The notes: generated by a model from the sequence alone, not told the origin. Shown: positions 1 through 10,944, counted from the first letter of the stretch. The stretch is 64,000 nucleotides of DNA from Pachysolen tannophilus NRRL Y-2460 (GCA_001661245.1 KV454012.1:1538418-1602417); one strand, 5' to 3'. Translations and numbers: made by a program.

Positions 1-802
1 TTTTTTTTTTTTTTTCACTTTTTCTGTAAAAGTGAAAAAAAAATCAAATTTTGCGAAAAAAAAAGTAACAGTAGAAACAGTTTGACGTGTAAATAAAATA
101 ATGGCTGTAAGGGTAATTTCTGGAACGGCATGTTAGTGCATATGCTTAGGTAGTAGGCAAGACGTATATGTGAGTACTTAAGACAGGGTAAATTGACAGC
201 ATAGCAGATAAATTGATCTTATTATTGCGGAAAACTATTAGTATAAGTATATTTATTTTAACCATTTATATCGAGAAGATCAAATAATATTAACAAGAAT
301 AAAAAGAAGAAGTATTTTATTGTATTGTATTGTATTACTCTATACACATCACATCTTTTAACTAATGTCCTGGCAATAGTTTAGCTGATGTTTGTCTTGT
401 AATCCATCAAATATAATTTAGTCGTGTGGTGGATGCAATTAACTTGATGTTAAACTTCTAGAACAAACTACTGTCAACTATTAGACCCTGTTAAGACGTT
501 CCTTTTACTTGTAAGAAGAGACACACGGCAAAACCCAAAACGAGACAAAACAAAACGAGACAAGAAGAGACGAGACGATAGAAAACACAAGATGAAAAAA
601 AAAAATCTTAAAATCTGATACATATGCACGATGTTTTTTTTTTTTAAATTTTTCTGAATTTTTTTCTTTATTTTTTCTTTTTTTTTTCGTTGTTGTTTAT
701 TTCTGTTTCTGTTTCTCTAGATACAATATGCATCATCATGCATATTAAGTACATTTTTTAGACATTTTTTTGACGTCTTTTCATGCATCATCGTACTCTG
801 TT

Positions 803-3800
803 TTACTTGTGGTAGTTGGACCATTTAGAATGATCTTTACCCATCAAGTCAAAGTCTTCGATGATCTCGTCATTTTTCAAACTCGTAGGAGGTTGGTAAT
901 GTCTCATTATCTTGGCTAATTGTTGGGCATTTTCTCTGCCGCTATTACCAATATTATTTTTATCTAGATTATCTCTAATGGTTCTTGAAGATAATGTATT
1001 TCTTGTAGAAGAACCTGAAATAATATTAGTGATGCTGTTGGTGTCTCCTCCAAGTGCTGCCACAACACTCATTGCATTTACTGTAGTGCCACTTCCAATG
1101 CCTCCTATGCCGCTTCCCATACCGCTTCCGCCGATAATGCTGCTACTATTGCTACCGCCGCTTCCTCCAATGCCACTCATGTTGTTAAGGTTCGAAGTAG
1201 TACTTCTCGTGTTAACACTAGAGGTGCTTTTCACATAATTATCCTGGTGCCTCATAAACTTGACAACGTTCTGATATATCTTTGAATCATCACTCGTCAA
1301 TACACTAAACTCTTCGGGTGTGATCAATGCCCCATAGTCGTCCAAGATGGAAAGTTCAATAGCAGATGCCAATTTCCGTTGCAGAGACTGTTGCTGATCA
1401 TGTGACAGAGACAATTTTTTATTAATGGCTGAATTTTTCCTCAACTCGCTATTACTTTGTTTTTCTAGTTTCTGCTTCTTATTTTGTTGTTGTTGCAGCT
1501 GCTGTTGCAGTTGTTGCTGCTTCCTCTTTCTCTTGGTGATATCATAGTTCAGAGAATTTCCCGAAGTCAAGCCAGAAGCACTTGTTGACGTCAAGTCCGT
1601 ATCAGAACTAGATGAATCTTTATTATTGGAAGCTGAAAGTAAAACCATGGAATCTGATTGATGGTTTGGCGAAAAATCTGGAGGAACAACACCGGAAGAA
1701 GAAGATGCAGATGCAGATGATAATTTTCTATTACTATCTGATTCTACTACTTCTTCAAAATCAGCATTATTATTTTCCTCAACATATTTATGTCCAAAAC
1801 TCTTGACTAACCTTGAACTTTTATTTGTGGAAATATCCAAATAATCTTTATCCAAATTATTAGTTAATAAATGCTTTTGATAAATTAAAAAATTTCTTAA
1901 TCTTTCTAATCTTTCCTTAATAACAAAATTCATCTCATTATAAATTCTTAATGTTTCATCATAATATAAATTCAAATTCTCATTTCTTCTATACCTCCTC
2001 CAATATTTTAATCTTAATAATTCATAATCTCTAATTTCACAATAATTTTTCAATTTAGCAAATAATAACCCATTGTAATTCGATCCTTCAAGAGTTGGAT
2101 AAGTCTTAACTATACCTTGTGCCCCGTTTAATGGACTCGTTAGATCTCGACATTTAGATTCTAATGCCTTTGTCTTGCCACGATATAACTTTTCTGAATT
2201 CTTGTTGAAAAATAAATTCATATCTTTGAGATAATTTTTCAAAATTTTACGCCTCTTCTCTCTATTATTACCATTAACATAAATTATATCTTGAGCTGAA
2301 AAATTTATTGAACGACTTTGCTTCCGTAACAATTCATCATATTTTTCATTTTTTTGCCCTTCTGTAACATTACCATCAGCTGTTAGGAATTTCATATAAT
2401 TGAACTGCTCATATAAAGCTTCCAAATCACCATTTTGATAATTAAGATATTCAAAACTTGGTTTCCTCTTGGAAGTTTTATTACCAGTTGTATTCACTTC
2501 TGCTTCTTCGCCTTCGTTATCTTCTTCAGCAAAAATATTAGTCTCCGAATCTTGGTCACTATCACTGCTGCTAAATGAACTACAACTACTATTGCAAGAC
2601 AAAAATTCATCTTCCTGTTCCGCATTATTTGTTTTTGTAATTGCTTCCTTGTTCTTGCTTTGTGAAATCATCTGATCTAATGAGTTAACTGCTTTATAAA
2701 AATCCATGTCTACATTTGGTAACTTGGTTGATGCATCTAAAAGTAACTTCAAGTTTTGTTTTTCCTTTTTTTGTAATTCAGGCTCAGGTAAAAATACTGC
2801 TGCTGCCGCTGTTGCTGTAGTAGCACGTGGTTCTGGATATGTTGTCGCTGCTGGTGGGGGAGGTGGAGGCTGTAAAAAAGGAGGGATTTCATTTATACCA
2901 GTAGCAGTAGCAGCAGTTTGACGTGAAGATTTCTTACTCTTTTTCGTTACTTTCCTTTTCCTTTTCTTCTTGCCTTTTTCATCTACTTCTAAGTTATCAT
3001 CTTGATTTACCATCATTGCAGGTGGAGGTGGAGGCGGCGGTGGAGGTGGCAAAGGTTGAGAAAATTGAGAGTGAATTGGGAACTGAGGCGGTATCATGCC
3101 GCGGTATGGGAAGAAGTTGTTGCTGTTGTTATTTTCTGGTTCTTCATTATTATTTGGACTACTCTGGCGATGTTGTAGCATAAACTCAGGTAGCAGCTGT
3201 TGTTGAGGCATCATTGGGAATGGGAAATATGGCGGAAACTGTTGTTGTTGTGGTTGTTGTGGTTGCTGTTGTTGCTGTTGTTGCTGCCGCTGCTGTTCTT
3301 GTCTTTCTTGCCGCTGAGGATAATACTTGTTTTCCACATTGTTGTCATTCTGTTCTTTATAAGGAAATTGTGTAAATGGTGTAGGTGGGGGGTACATTAG
3401 ATGACCAGGAGGTGGAGGCCAAAAGTATGGATATGAATGCATTTGCTGATTCCACAGCTGTTGCTGCTGCTCTGGATGTTGTTGCGGTTGTGATATATTC
3501 TCCTCTTTTCCACCAGCAGTTAAAGACGCAACCGCTGAGCTTCGATTATTATTGCCAAAGTCTGAATGTTGATGTTCTTGCTCTTGATTGGTATCGGCAT
3601 TATCAGTGACATGATCATCCACTGCACGCTGCTCGAATCCGTACTCTTCTTCTGACCTATCGTCATCATCATCATCATTATCATCATCATCGTAGCTATC
3701 ACGCTGTTCTTCATAATCCCTATGATGTTCATCGTCATCATACCCTCTGTCCTCATGTTCCATATCATCCTCACTATCTTCGAAGCTATTATCCATATCT

Positions 3801-4240
3801 TCTTCCTTAATCATTCTATGATCATTAATATTATTATCATCGGTATTATCCATGAGGCCATTATCGTCATCATGATCTTCAGCCGATTTAAGATCATCGT
3901 ATTCTATCAATGGCAATCCTTGCTGAAGTCTATCAAAATTTTCCTTATTTAATTTTTGTTGTCTTTCCATTCTTTTCTGTTTTGTAAAATAAAAATTATT
4001 TTGTTTTACTGTGCGTTCATTAGTATTTATAATTCTAAACTGCTTTCTTGGATTAAACCTCTTATCTGAATGCGGTACTATTATTCGACTAGAATGCTGC
4101 ATATTACCATCATTACTACTACTACTACTCTCTCTATGTTTTTTAGAATGTTTTATCTTTGGAGTAGCGGTAGTATTGGATAATGATGCATCCGGCGATG
4201 AAGGTGAAGTCGAATAAGATTTTTTCTTGGATGCCTTCAT
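803..4240 (-). CDS. Long low-complexity protein with an Sds3-like (Sin3/Rpd3L HDAC subunit family) coiled-coil domain
   Basis: First ATG at 4240; the ORF track starts upstream at a TTG. Segment REKRR...FFNKNSEKLYRGKTKAL...IRDYELLRLKYWRRYR resembles Sds3 RKDKRR...FYSERDNQYKDRLTAL...ERDLELVRLRLFEEYR, and the C-terminal LKNDEIIEDFDLM resembles Sds3-family ends. The rest is acidic, polyQ and polyP. Confidence 0.6.
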   Translation of the reverse strand: MKASKKKSYSTSPSSPDASLSNTTATPKIKHSKKHRESSSSSNDGNMQHSSRIIVPHSDKRFNPRKQFRIINTNERTVKQNNFYFTKQKRMERQQKLNKENFDRLQQGLPLIEYDDLKSAEDHDDDNGLMDNTDDNNINDHRMIKEEDMDNSFEDSEDDMEHEDRGYDDDEHHRDYEEQRDSYDDDDNDDDDDDRSEEEYGFEQRAVDDHVTDNADTNQEQEHQHSDFGNNNRSSAVASLTAGGKEENISQPQQHPEQQQQLWNQQMHSYPYFWPPPPGHLMYPPPTPFTQFPYKEQNDNNVENKYYPQRQERQEQQRQQQQQQQQPQQPQQQQFPPYFPFPMMPQQQLLPEFMLQHRQSSPNNNEEPENNNSNNFFPYRGMIPPQFPIHSQFSQPLPPPPPPPPPPAMMVNQDDNLEVDEKGKKKRKRKVTKKSKKSSRQTAATATGINEIPPFLQPPPPPPAATTYPEPRATTATAAAAVFLPEPELQKKEKQNLKLLLDASTKLPNVDMDFYKAVNSLDQMISQSKNKEAITKTNNAEQEDEFLSCNSSCSSFSSSDSDQDSETNIFAEEDNEGEEAEVNTTGNKTSKRKPSFEYLNYQNGDLEALYEQFNYMKFLTADGNVTEGQKNEKYDELLRKQSRSINFSAQDIIYVNGNNREKRRKILKNYLKDMNLFFNKNSEKLYRGKTKALESKCRDLTSPLNGAQGIVKTYPTLEGSNYNGLLFAKLKNYCEIRDYELLRLKYWRRYRRNENLNLYYDETLRIYNEMNFVIKERLERLRNFLIYQKHLLTNNLDKDYLDISTNKSSRLVKSFGHKYVEENNNADFEEVVESDSNRKLSSASASSSSGVVPPDFSPNHQSDSMVLLSASNNKDSSSSDTDLTSTSASGLTSGNSLNYDITKRKRKQQQLQQQLQQQQNKKQKLEKQSNSELRKNSAINKKLSLSHDQQQSLQRKLASAIELSILDDYGALITPEEFSVLTSDDSKIYQNVVKFMRHQDNYVKSTSSVNTRSTTSNLNNMSGIGGSGGSNSSSIIGGSGMGSGIGGIGSGTTVNAMSVVAALGGDTNSITNIISGSSTRNTLSSRTIRDNLDKNNIGNSGRENAQQLAKIMRHYQPPTSLKNDEIIEDFDLMGKDHSKWSNYHK

Positions 4241-4619
4241 CTTTTTACCGAAATAATACCACAAATGTGTCCAACAAAAAAACTTAAAGCAAAGTCAAAA
4301 TAACTGAATACTAGTTAACAAAACCCAAAATTAGAATATCAGATCCATATATCTATATATATATCTATTATCTGATACCTAACCGATATGTAGATAATCA
4401 AGATTGAAAGAGAAAAGAGTTACGGCCCTCTTTTTGACTTGTTTTACTTTGTCCTTAACAAAAAAAAATTATTTCCCTTTTTGTAACGTTTGACTTTATG
4501 CGCACTACTAATGCTACTAATAACATAATGAATACTACTGCTACTACTACTACTACTGCTGCTGCTGTTGCTGCTGCTGCTCGTGTCGATGATGCTGTCA
4601 CTGTTAATCATTATCTATA

Positions 4620-5621
4620 CTAGCTACTATACAGGATTTTTCTTTTCTTCAACAGTGCTGTTATTCCCGTTGCCCCAGCTGTTTTCCTTCTTCCGATTTT
4701 AACGAATTTCGGTTTCATATGTATGCTTGATTCTTGAGTGGATTCATCTTCAGAAGATGAGTTATAATCGACAATACCAGCAGTAGCACGATTGTTATTA
4801 CCATTGTCATTGCCATTTGAATTGTCATTGCGAGAACTTATACTTATACTTGTATTTGTACTTTCTAGTTTTTCAATAGGTTTAGACAAAGTGCCATCAT
4901 TAACGTTATTGTTTTTTTCTAGATTTCTATATTTTTCAAACTCTTGTTTTGCCAATTTTTCAAGTTCTTCATCGTCGTTATTATCAATATTTCTCTTTGG
5001 TATTGTAATTTGTGAATTAATTTTTTTATTTCTCGCCAATATGTTTGAAAGTTCATCATTGATCAATGATTCTTGTTCTTGTTGTAATAATTTTTCTTCT
5101 AATTCTTTAATTTTTTCATTTCTTGAAAGATCACTTTTATTTGATAAAGCTTGTTTTTCCAAAAGTTCTTCATGTTCCAATCTTTGTAAAATTTCATCAT
5201 AAGTTTCAACCCCAACACCACTGTTAGAGTTTTCCATTGCAGCAGCACCAGCAACTGTGGTTGTAATAGTCGATGAAGGTTTACTGCTGGTAAAATTTCT
5301 TACCCCTCCATTTTCCATTACAAAATCACTTGTCTTAGGATCAGTTCTAAAAATAATCTCATTATTACACATGGGACATCTGATATGAAACCTGAAAATC
5401 TTTTGTTGTAAATATTTTTCATCTGTATTTTCCTTTTTAGCATTAAATTTTTTACTACTAGCAATATATTCACCACAAGATAAGCATCTCATAGAAAATG
5501 GAGTCATCAACCTAACTGTTTGTAAAACATTTTTTTTATTTTTATCCTTTTTCTTCTTTGTTACCTTAGAAGGATCAAAGTCCGGTGGGAAATACTTGTT
5601 TATATTTTTTCTATCAGACAT
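4620..5621 (-). CDS. YJU2: Splicing factor Yju2/Cwc16
   Basis: N-terminus MSDRKNINKYFPPDFDPSK, then VRLMTPFSMRCxxCGEYI...KKFNAKKE and a second CxxC (CPMC) followed by FRTDPK. Confidence 0.92.
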   Translation of the reverse strand: MSDRKNINKYFPPDFDPSKVTKKKKDKNKKNVLQTVRLMTPFSMRCLSCGEYIASSKKFNAKKENTDEKYLQQKIFRFHIRCPMCNNEIIFRTDPKTSDFVMENGGVRNFTSSKPSSTITTTVAGAAAMENSNSGVGVETYDEILQRLEHEELLEKQALSNKSDLSRNEKIKELEEKLLQQEQESLINDELSNILARNKKINSQITIPKRNIDNNDDEELEKLAKQEFEKYRNLEKNNNVNDGTLSKPIEKLESTNTSISISSRNDNSNGNDNGNNNRATAGIVDYNSSSEDESTQESSIHMKPKFVKIGRRKTAGATGITALLKKRKILYSS

Positions 5622-5753
5622 TACCGACTTAAAAATTAATATTTATATATAATATAATAGTAGTATTTATAAAAAATGATTATAGTTTTATTTAACCTAA
5701 ATAAAAGAGAAAAAAANAATATTATTATTATTATTTATTTATTTATTTATTTA

Positions 5754-5986
5754 NNNNNNNNNNNNNNNNNNNNNNNNNNNNNNNNNNNNNNNNNNNNNNN
5801 NNNNNNNNNNNNNNNNNNNNNNNNNNNNNNNNNNNNNNNNNNNNNNNNNNNNNNNNNNNNNNNNNNNNNNNNNNNNNNNNNNNNNNNNNNNNNNNNNNNN
5901 NNNNNNNNNNNNNNNNNNNNNNNNNNNNNNNNNNNNNNNNNNNNNNNNNNNNNNNNNNNNNNNNNNNNNNNNNNNNNNNNNNNNNN
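5754..5986. other. Assembly gap (N run)
   Basis: Run of Ns; CCTAAATAAAAGAGAAAAAA occurs on both sides (5696 and 5987). Confidence 0.99.
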
Positions 5987-6174
5987 CCTAAATAAAAGAG
6001 AAAAAAAAAAAAAAATTAAAATTTTTTTTTTTTTTATTTTTAATTTATTTGTTTTTTGCTTTGTATCACTTAAATGGAAAAGATCTTTATTAATCAATAA
6101 TAAATATTTTATAATATAATAGTGATACATCAATAAAATCAAAGTAGAAAATAATAAAAATAATTTATTTAAAG

Positions 6175-6435
6175 ATGGATCTTTCGAATCTATCAAGTAA
6201 TCTTCCAACAACTCATCCAATAACGGAGGATTCAATTACTGAGCTTAACAAGGAATTAACATCAAATTTTAAGGATGCAGCTAAATCGGTTGCTGCTTTG
6301 TATAGGTTAGCAAATACCAAGAATTTATTAACTAGGCAAAGGGGGTATTTGGATTGCATTGATGATATATTGGAAGTACTTTCAAAAGGTGAAGATGTTG
6401 AAAATTGGGCGTTATTGAAAAAACTGGAGTTGAGC

Positions 6436-6469
<34 letters not shown>

Positions 6470-6969
6470 GTGATTATAACAGGAGAGAAAGAGCGGTTGA
6501 GAAAGGAGGGGAAGTTTCTAAGAAAGAAGACGTAGAATCCACTGGAATGGGTTCTGGAAGGCTTCCTGGAATTGTTTCAACACAAGCGCCTTTTAAATTT
6601 CATCCAAGCATGGTACCATTATCATTAAATCATAGCAATATCAAACATTACAAGAGAAAACAGCCTCATGGTCATACTCATCAGCGCACTTTCAATAATC
6701 TGTTATCAGTGCCTAAAAGCAATAAAGAAGAGATGGGATACGGTTCTTCAGCAGATGAAACAACATCAGAAGAACTTAATGACGAACAAGAACAGGAACA
6801 AGAACAAGAAATAGATGAAAGTAGTGCCATTGAATCTGATGATATCACCAATATGAATGACACTCACAGTACTAGCAGAGATAACAATGAAAATAATAAC
6901 CCAAATTCAAAGAGAAGAATCTTAGCCGCTGACAGACATGTAGAGAAAAAAATGAGAATAATAGAATAA
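6175..6969 (+). CDS. Conserved fungal protein of unknown function, YJR056C-like
   Basis: LSSNLP...ELTSNFKDAAKSVAALYRLANTKNLLTRQRGYLDCIDDIL matches recalled S. cerevisiae YJR056C (ELSQEFKLAANAVTRLYRVANEKNSLTKHQGYLTCLDDIL). Confidence 0.75.
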
Positions 6970-7226
6970 TTGAATTCACTATTTAATATTACACTACAAG
7001 CACTACAAATACCGCAAGCACCACACTAAAAGCACCGCTTTTTTCTTAAATCGTTGTGCGCTACTGTGAGCTAATATGCGCAGCGCTGTTTACTCAGTTT
7101 TTAATATTTATATATATATATATGCGCTTTTGTGTTGCGCTATTGTGCTCAGCTACTTGTGCTATTGCTCCTGTACGTTTGATACTTTTCCCACTACTTA
7201 CTTACTTATCCTTTACCGTTTACCCT

Positions 7227-7276
7227 TTACCCGTTATACTTTTATGCTTCTTTTGCACTACTTGTTTTTTGTTATT

Positions 7277-7324
<48 letters not shown>
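7227..7324 (+). promoter_or_regulatory. Reb1-type site (TTACCCG) followed by a 46-nt poly(dT) tract; likely nucleosome-depleted region upstream of SUR7
   Basis: TTACCCG at 7227-7233 within TTTACC repeats; T run at 7279-7324. Confidence 0.4.
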
Positions 7325-7325
<1 letters not shown>

Positions 7326-7521
7326 TTGTTTTCCTTTGTTTTCTGTTTTTTCCCTTTTCAATTTTTTATTTACTGCATTAAGACAATTGAAAATAAACAA
7401 AATTTCAAAAGAGAAAATTAATTGTATGCTAAGAGGTTTAATTAAAGCATTCCATTCTAGGATTTTTTAAGTAATACTACGTATTTTTTTTTTAAAAAAA
7501 AAAAATTTAAAAAATATTTAA

Positions 7522-7552
<31 letters not shown>

Positions 7553-7657
7553 TTATTTATATAACTTGAGACTGTTGGTTGCTGGCACAGATTTTTAATT
7601 ATTGATATATTATACCCCGGATTCAGATAGTTTTTTTATTTCGTTAATATCTTGACA

Positions 7658-8503
7658 ATGGTTAAAATTATTAGTTCGATTATTCAGTTCCTATTATTGG
7701 CAGGTACTACTCTTTTACTTCTTTTCATTGTTATGTCAGGGTCCATTGATCATGCTCCAATTGATAAATTTTATTGGATTCAAGCTGATACTTCTGGTAT
7801 TTCTGGAGCTCCTTCAATTTCAAAATGGACTTTTTGGGGTATTTGTTCATATGAAGGAGGATCTACAAATGGGAATTGTGATAATTTAGGTCCACTGTAT
7901 GCTTTTTCACCAGTTGATAATTTTAATACTACAACAAATGTTCCAACTAGTTTTGTTGATAATAGAGATACTTATTATTATTTAACTAGATTTTCATGGG
8001 TTTTTTATCTTATTTCATTAGTTTTCATTGGTGTTTCATTTATTTGTTGGTGGTTTAGTGGATTTATTGCATCAATGAAATTTACTTTAACATTTTTCAC
8101 TTCTTTAACTTTATTATTGGATACTACTGCTACATGTTGTCAAACTGCTGCAATTGTATTGGGGAAAAATGCATTTCTGAGTTCTGGATTATCTTCAAAA
8201 CTTGGTCCATCAATGTTGGGTATGGCTTGGGCTTCAGTTCTGTGTTTAATTTTATTATCATTTGAAACTTGTTTTTCTGCTGCAAGAAGTTCATTTTTAG
8301 AACATAAACAAAGACATGATTTAGAGAAACAACAAAGAGATTTATATAAACTGGATCCAGAAATGGGTGCATTTCAACAACTGCAAGTAACTCAACCAAA
8401 TACAGCACAAAATCAAGGAACATTGGCTTCTAATAATGAAGGAGGAATTAGATTTTTCAAAATTAGAAGAAATAATAGAACAAGTGATGAGGAATCAGTT
8501 TAA
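7658..8503 (+). CDS. SUR7: Sur7-family eisosome/MCC tetraspan membrane protein
   Basis: ATG at 7658 (MVKII...). Motifs FYWIQADTSGI, WTFWGIC, SPVDNFNT, YYYLTRF, MLGMAWASV, and a C-terminal GIRFFKIRR...DEESV typical of Sur7. Confidence 0.9.
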   Translation: MVKIISSIIQFLLLAGTTLLLLFIVMSGSIDHAPIDKFYWIQADTSGISGAPSISKWTFWGICSYEGGSTNGNCDNLGPLYAFSPVDNFNTTTNVPTSFVDNRDTYYYLTRFSWVFYLISLVFIGVSFICWWFSGFIASMKFTLTFFTSLTLLLDTTATCCQTAAIVLGKNAFLSSGLSSKLGPSMLGMAWASVLCLILLSFETCFSAARSSFLEHKQRHDLEKQQRDLYKLDPEMGAFQQLQVTQPNTAQNQGTLASNNEGGIRFFKIRRNNRTSDEESV

Positions 8504-9024
8504 AATAGAATTAAAAAAAAAATTTTTTAGTAAAAAAAAAAAAAAAAAAGAACATTTCTATTATTAAAAAAGCTAACAATTTTAATTGAGAAACCACACA
8601 TATATTACAATTACCAAATAATAATACTGTACTGCACATTAACACTAATAATTACTTTTAATCACTAGAATTTCATTCATTTAATTATTTTTTAATATCA
8701 TATTTCTCTTGAATTGTTTGTTTATATTTAATGTGTTGTTGTAACTATATCCGATGAATAATTTTTTTTTTTTTTTTTTTATTTTTTTATTTTTTATTTT
8801 CTTCTTTTTCTTTATTAATAATTTTGCTGTTTTTCTTTTCTGGTTTATAATTAATTTTTCTTAATTTTTTTTTTTTTTGTTACGTTCCCAATTTTTCAAA
8901 CTCTTTATTCTATCGTTTTTAAATTTTTTCTTTTATTTTGAGCTTTTATTAAAAGTTTAAATATTTTGAATTAATACTATCTTATATACCATTTACTTTG
9001 TTCGGTAGGGGAGGTTGAAAAAAA

Positions 9025-9059
<35 letters not shown>

Positions 9060-9077
9060 ATATAATTTAAATTAAAA

Positions 9078-9167
9078 ATGATTGCAAGATTTTTAACAAA
9101 TAGAATTAGGAAAAATATAAACCTTAGAACTAAATGCGTTAATTATAAAAATGTTTTTTACATTAAA

Positions 9168-9201
<34 letters not shown>

Positions 9202-9491
9202 TAAACATAAATGTAGGAATTTTTTTTTATTCAACAAGTATTAAAGAAAAACAAGAAGCATTATTAATTTATAATGAATTAAATTCAATATTGAAAAATA
9301 AAACATTAACAAATTCAATTAAAGAAGAATTAATATTAGATATTTTTAAAAAAAATCAATTTGGTTCATTATATGATAATAGGTATCAAGAATTATTATC
9401 ATTATTAAAATTAAATAAACAATATGATACATTATGGGACATTGCCCTGATTTTTGAACGGTACCACCAGGATAAGCAAGAAAATCATTAA
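9078..9491 (+). CDS. Orphan protein A, 137 aa, with putative mitochondrial presequence; paralog of the ORF at 10007
   Basis: ATG in an A-rich context; Arg/Lys-rich, acid-free N-terminus; core aligns without gaps to the neighbouring ORF. Confidence 0.55.
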
Positions 9492-10006
9492 AAAATAACC
9501 ATTCCATTCCATCTGTTTACCCCCGCCCCCAACCTCCTTTTCTTACACACACGACTTTATAATTACTATCATTTGCTGGTCAAGATAAATATTATTTAAG
9601 AAAATTAAGAAATTTAGGAAATTTAGTAAATTTAGGAAAAGTGGGTTAATAAAATATATAAAAAAGAAAAAGATGCTGCAAAAGCTTAAAATCGAATCAT
9701 CTTATTTAATTTCTCCACCTTTTAGTACTTTTAGTACTATTTTAAATATTTTTTAAATATTGATTTCTCCCGTAATACACAAATATATGAAATGAAATAT
9801 GAGTATAAATACCGGTATATATATCCTGAATAATATAATATAATTTAATATAATTTAATATATTTAATATTTATTTAATTTTTTTTTTAATTGTATTTTT
9901 GCTTTTTTTTCTTTTTTTTTTTAATTATATATAATAAGTATATATATATATATATAAATATATATATATATTTATTATATATGTATATGTGTATTTATTT
10001 GTAGCA

Positions 10007-10615
10007 ATGTCTGTGAAGTCAATTGTCTTTAATGGCTTTAAGAGAAGTGGTAATAAAGCTAGGTTGATTGTATTACCAAGGTCATCATTATATTCGACTA
10101 AAATTTTTAATTATAATACCATTATACGTACTATTTCTGGTAATTCTGGTAATTCTGGGAATTCTGGTAATTTTGGTAATTTTGGTTCTCGAAAGAATAG
10201 TGATTACGATAAGGTTTATAATGAAGCAGTTTCAGTATATTATGAGTTATTATCGATATATAATGATCATTCAATTACTCCTGCTTTACAACGTAAATTA
10301 ATTAAAGGTTTATTTTTAAGTAATGGTGTTAATAGTATAGCAAGTCCAATTTTCATAAAAATTAATAAATTTATTAGGCAAGATCCAAATTTAGTTGAAG
10401 GTGAAAAATTTGATTTAGTTTATTTTTTAAATACAAATGATTCATACCTTTTCAATAATAAACTGGGGAATAATGATACTTTAACTTTGAATTCTTCTAA
10501 AATTAGGCTGAAGAAAGAAATAGGTGCAAGGCTTAATAAAAAAGCAGCAACTGCTGGTGTAGTTGGACTGATGGGAATAATGGGGGTTTATGCTTTAGTT
10601 TCTTTAATTTTTTAA
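10007..10615 (+). CDS. Orphan protein B, 202 aa, with putative mitochondrial presequence and C-terminal transmembrane/tail anchor
   Basis: ATG at 10007 (MSVKSIVFNGFKRSGNKARL...LYSTK); (S/F)GN repeat linker; hydrophobic C-terminus KKAATAGVVGxMGIMGVYALVSLIF. Confidence 0.65.
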   Translation: MSVKSIVFNGFKRSGNKARLIVLPRSSLYSTKIFNYNTIIRTISGNSGNSGNSGNFGNFGSRKNSDYDKVYNEAVSVYYELLSIYNDHSITPALQRKLIKGLFLSNGVNSIASPIFIKINKFIRQDPNLVEGEKFDLVYFLNTNDSYLFNNKLGNNDTLTLNSSKIRLKKEIGARLNKKAATAGVVGLMGIMGVYALVSLIF

Positions 10616-10706
10616 AATTCCTTCTTGTTCCATCAAAATATTTTATTTATTGAAACTGTTAATTCTTATCATGCATACTCATTATAAGTGTTCAGAAAAG
10701 ACAGAT

Positions 10707-10944
10707 TATTTATGCTCATGACCAATTTTATTTATTCAACTTATTTATTTATTTATTGAAACGTTTTTCCTTTATGATAAGATAAGGGGAAAACGCTTAT
10801 TTATGCTCACGACTCTTATTTATTTATTTATTTATTTATTGAAACTGTTTTCAATACCAAGTGCAAAATGCAATTGATATTGATTTCAGCTTATTTATGC
10901 TCACGCCCGCTCTTACAGAGAACACAAATCTATTTATGCTCATG
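10707..10944. repeat. Four dispersed direct repeats of TATTTATGCTCA(T/C)G
   Basis: Copies at 10707-10720, 10798-10811, 10892-10905 and 10931-10944. Confidence 0.9.

Noticed and set aside
7..43. Inverted repeat TTTTTCACTTTT...AAAAGTGAAAAA
   Set aside because: Mostly poly(T)/poly(A) pairing at the window edge; probably promoter A/T tracts of a gene outside the window.
5676..6235. ORFs spanning the first N gap
   Set aside because: Open only because of Ns; duplicated flanks (5696 and 5987) suggest a contig-overlap artefact.
7056..7421. Phe-rich ORFs upstream of SUR7
   Set aside because: Produced by the poly(T) tract and TA repeats.
10707..10944. CRISPR-like appearance of repeats with spacers
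   Set aside because: Eukaryotic locus, 14-bp repeats, irregular and partly self-similar spacers, no cas genes; kept only as an unexplained repeat array.
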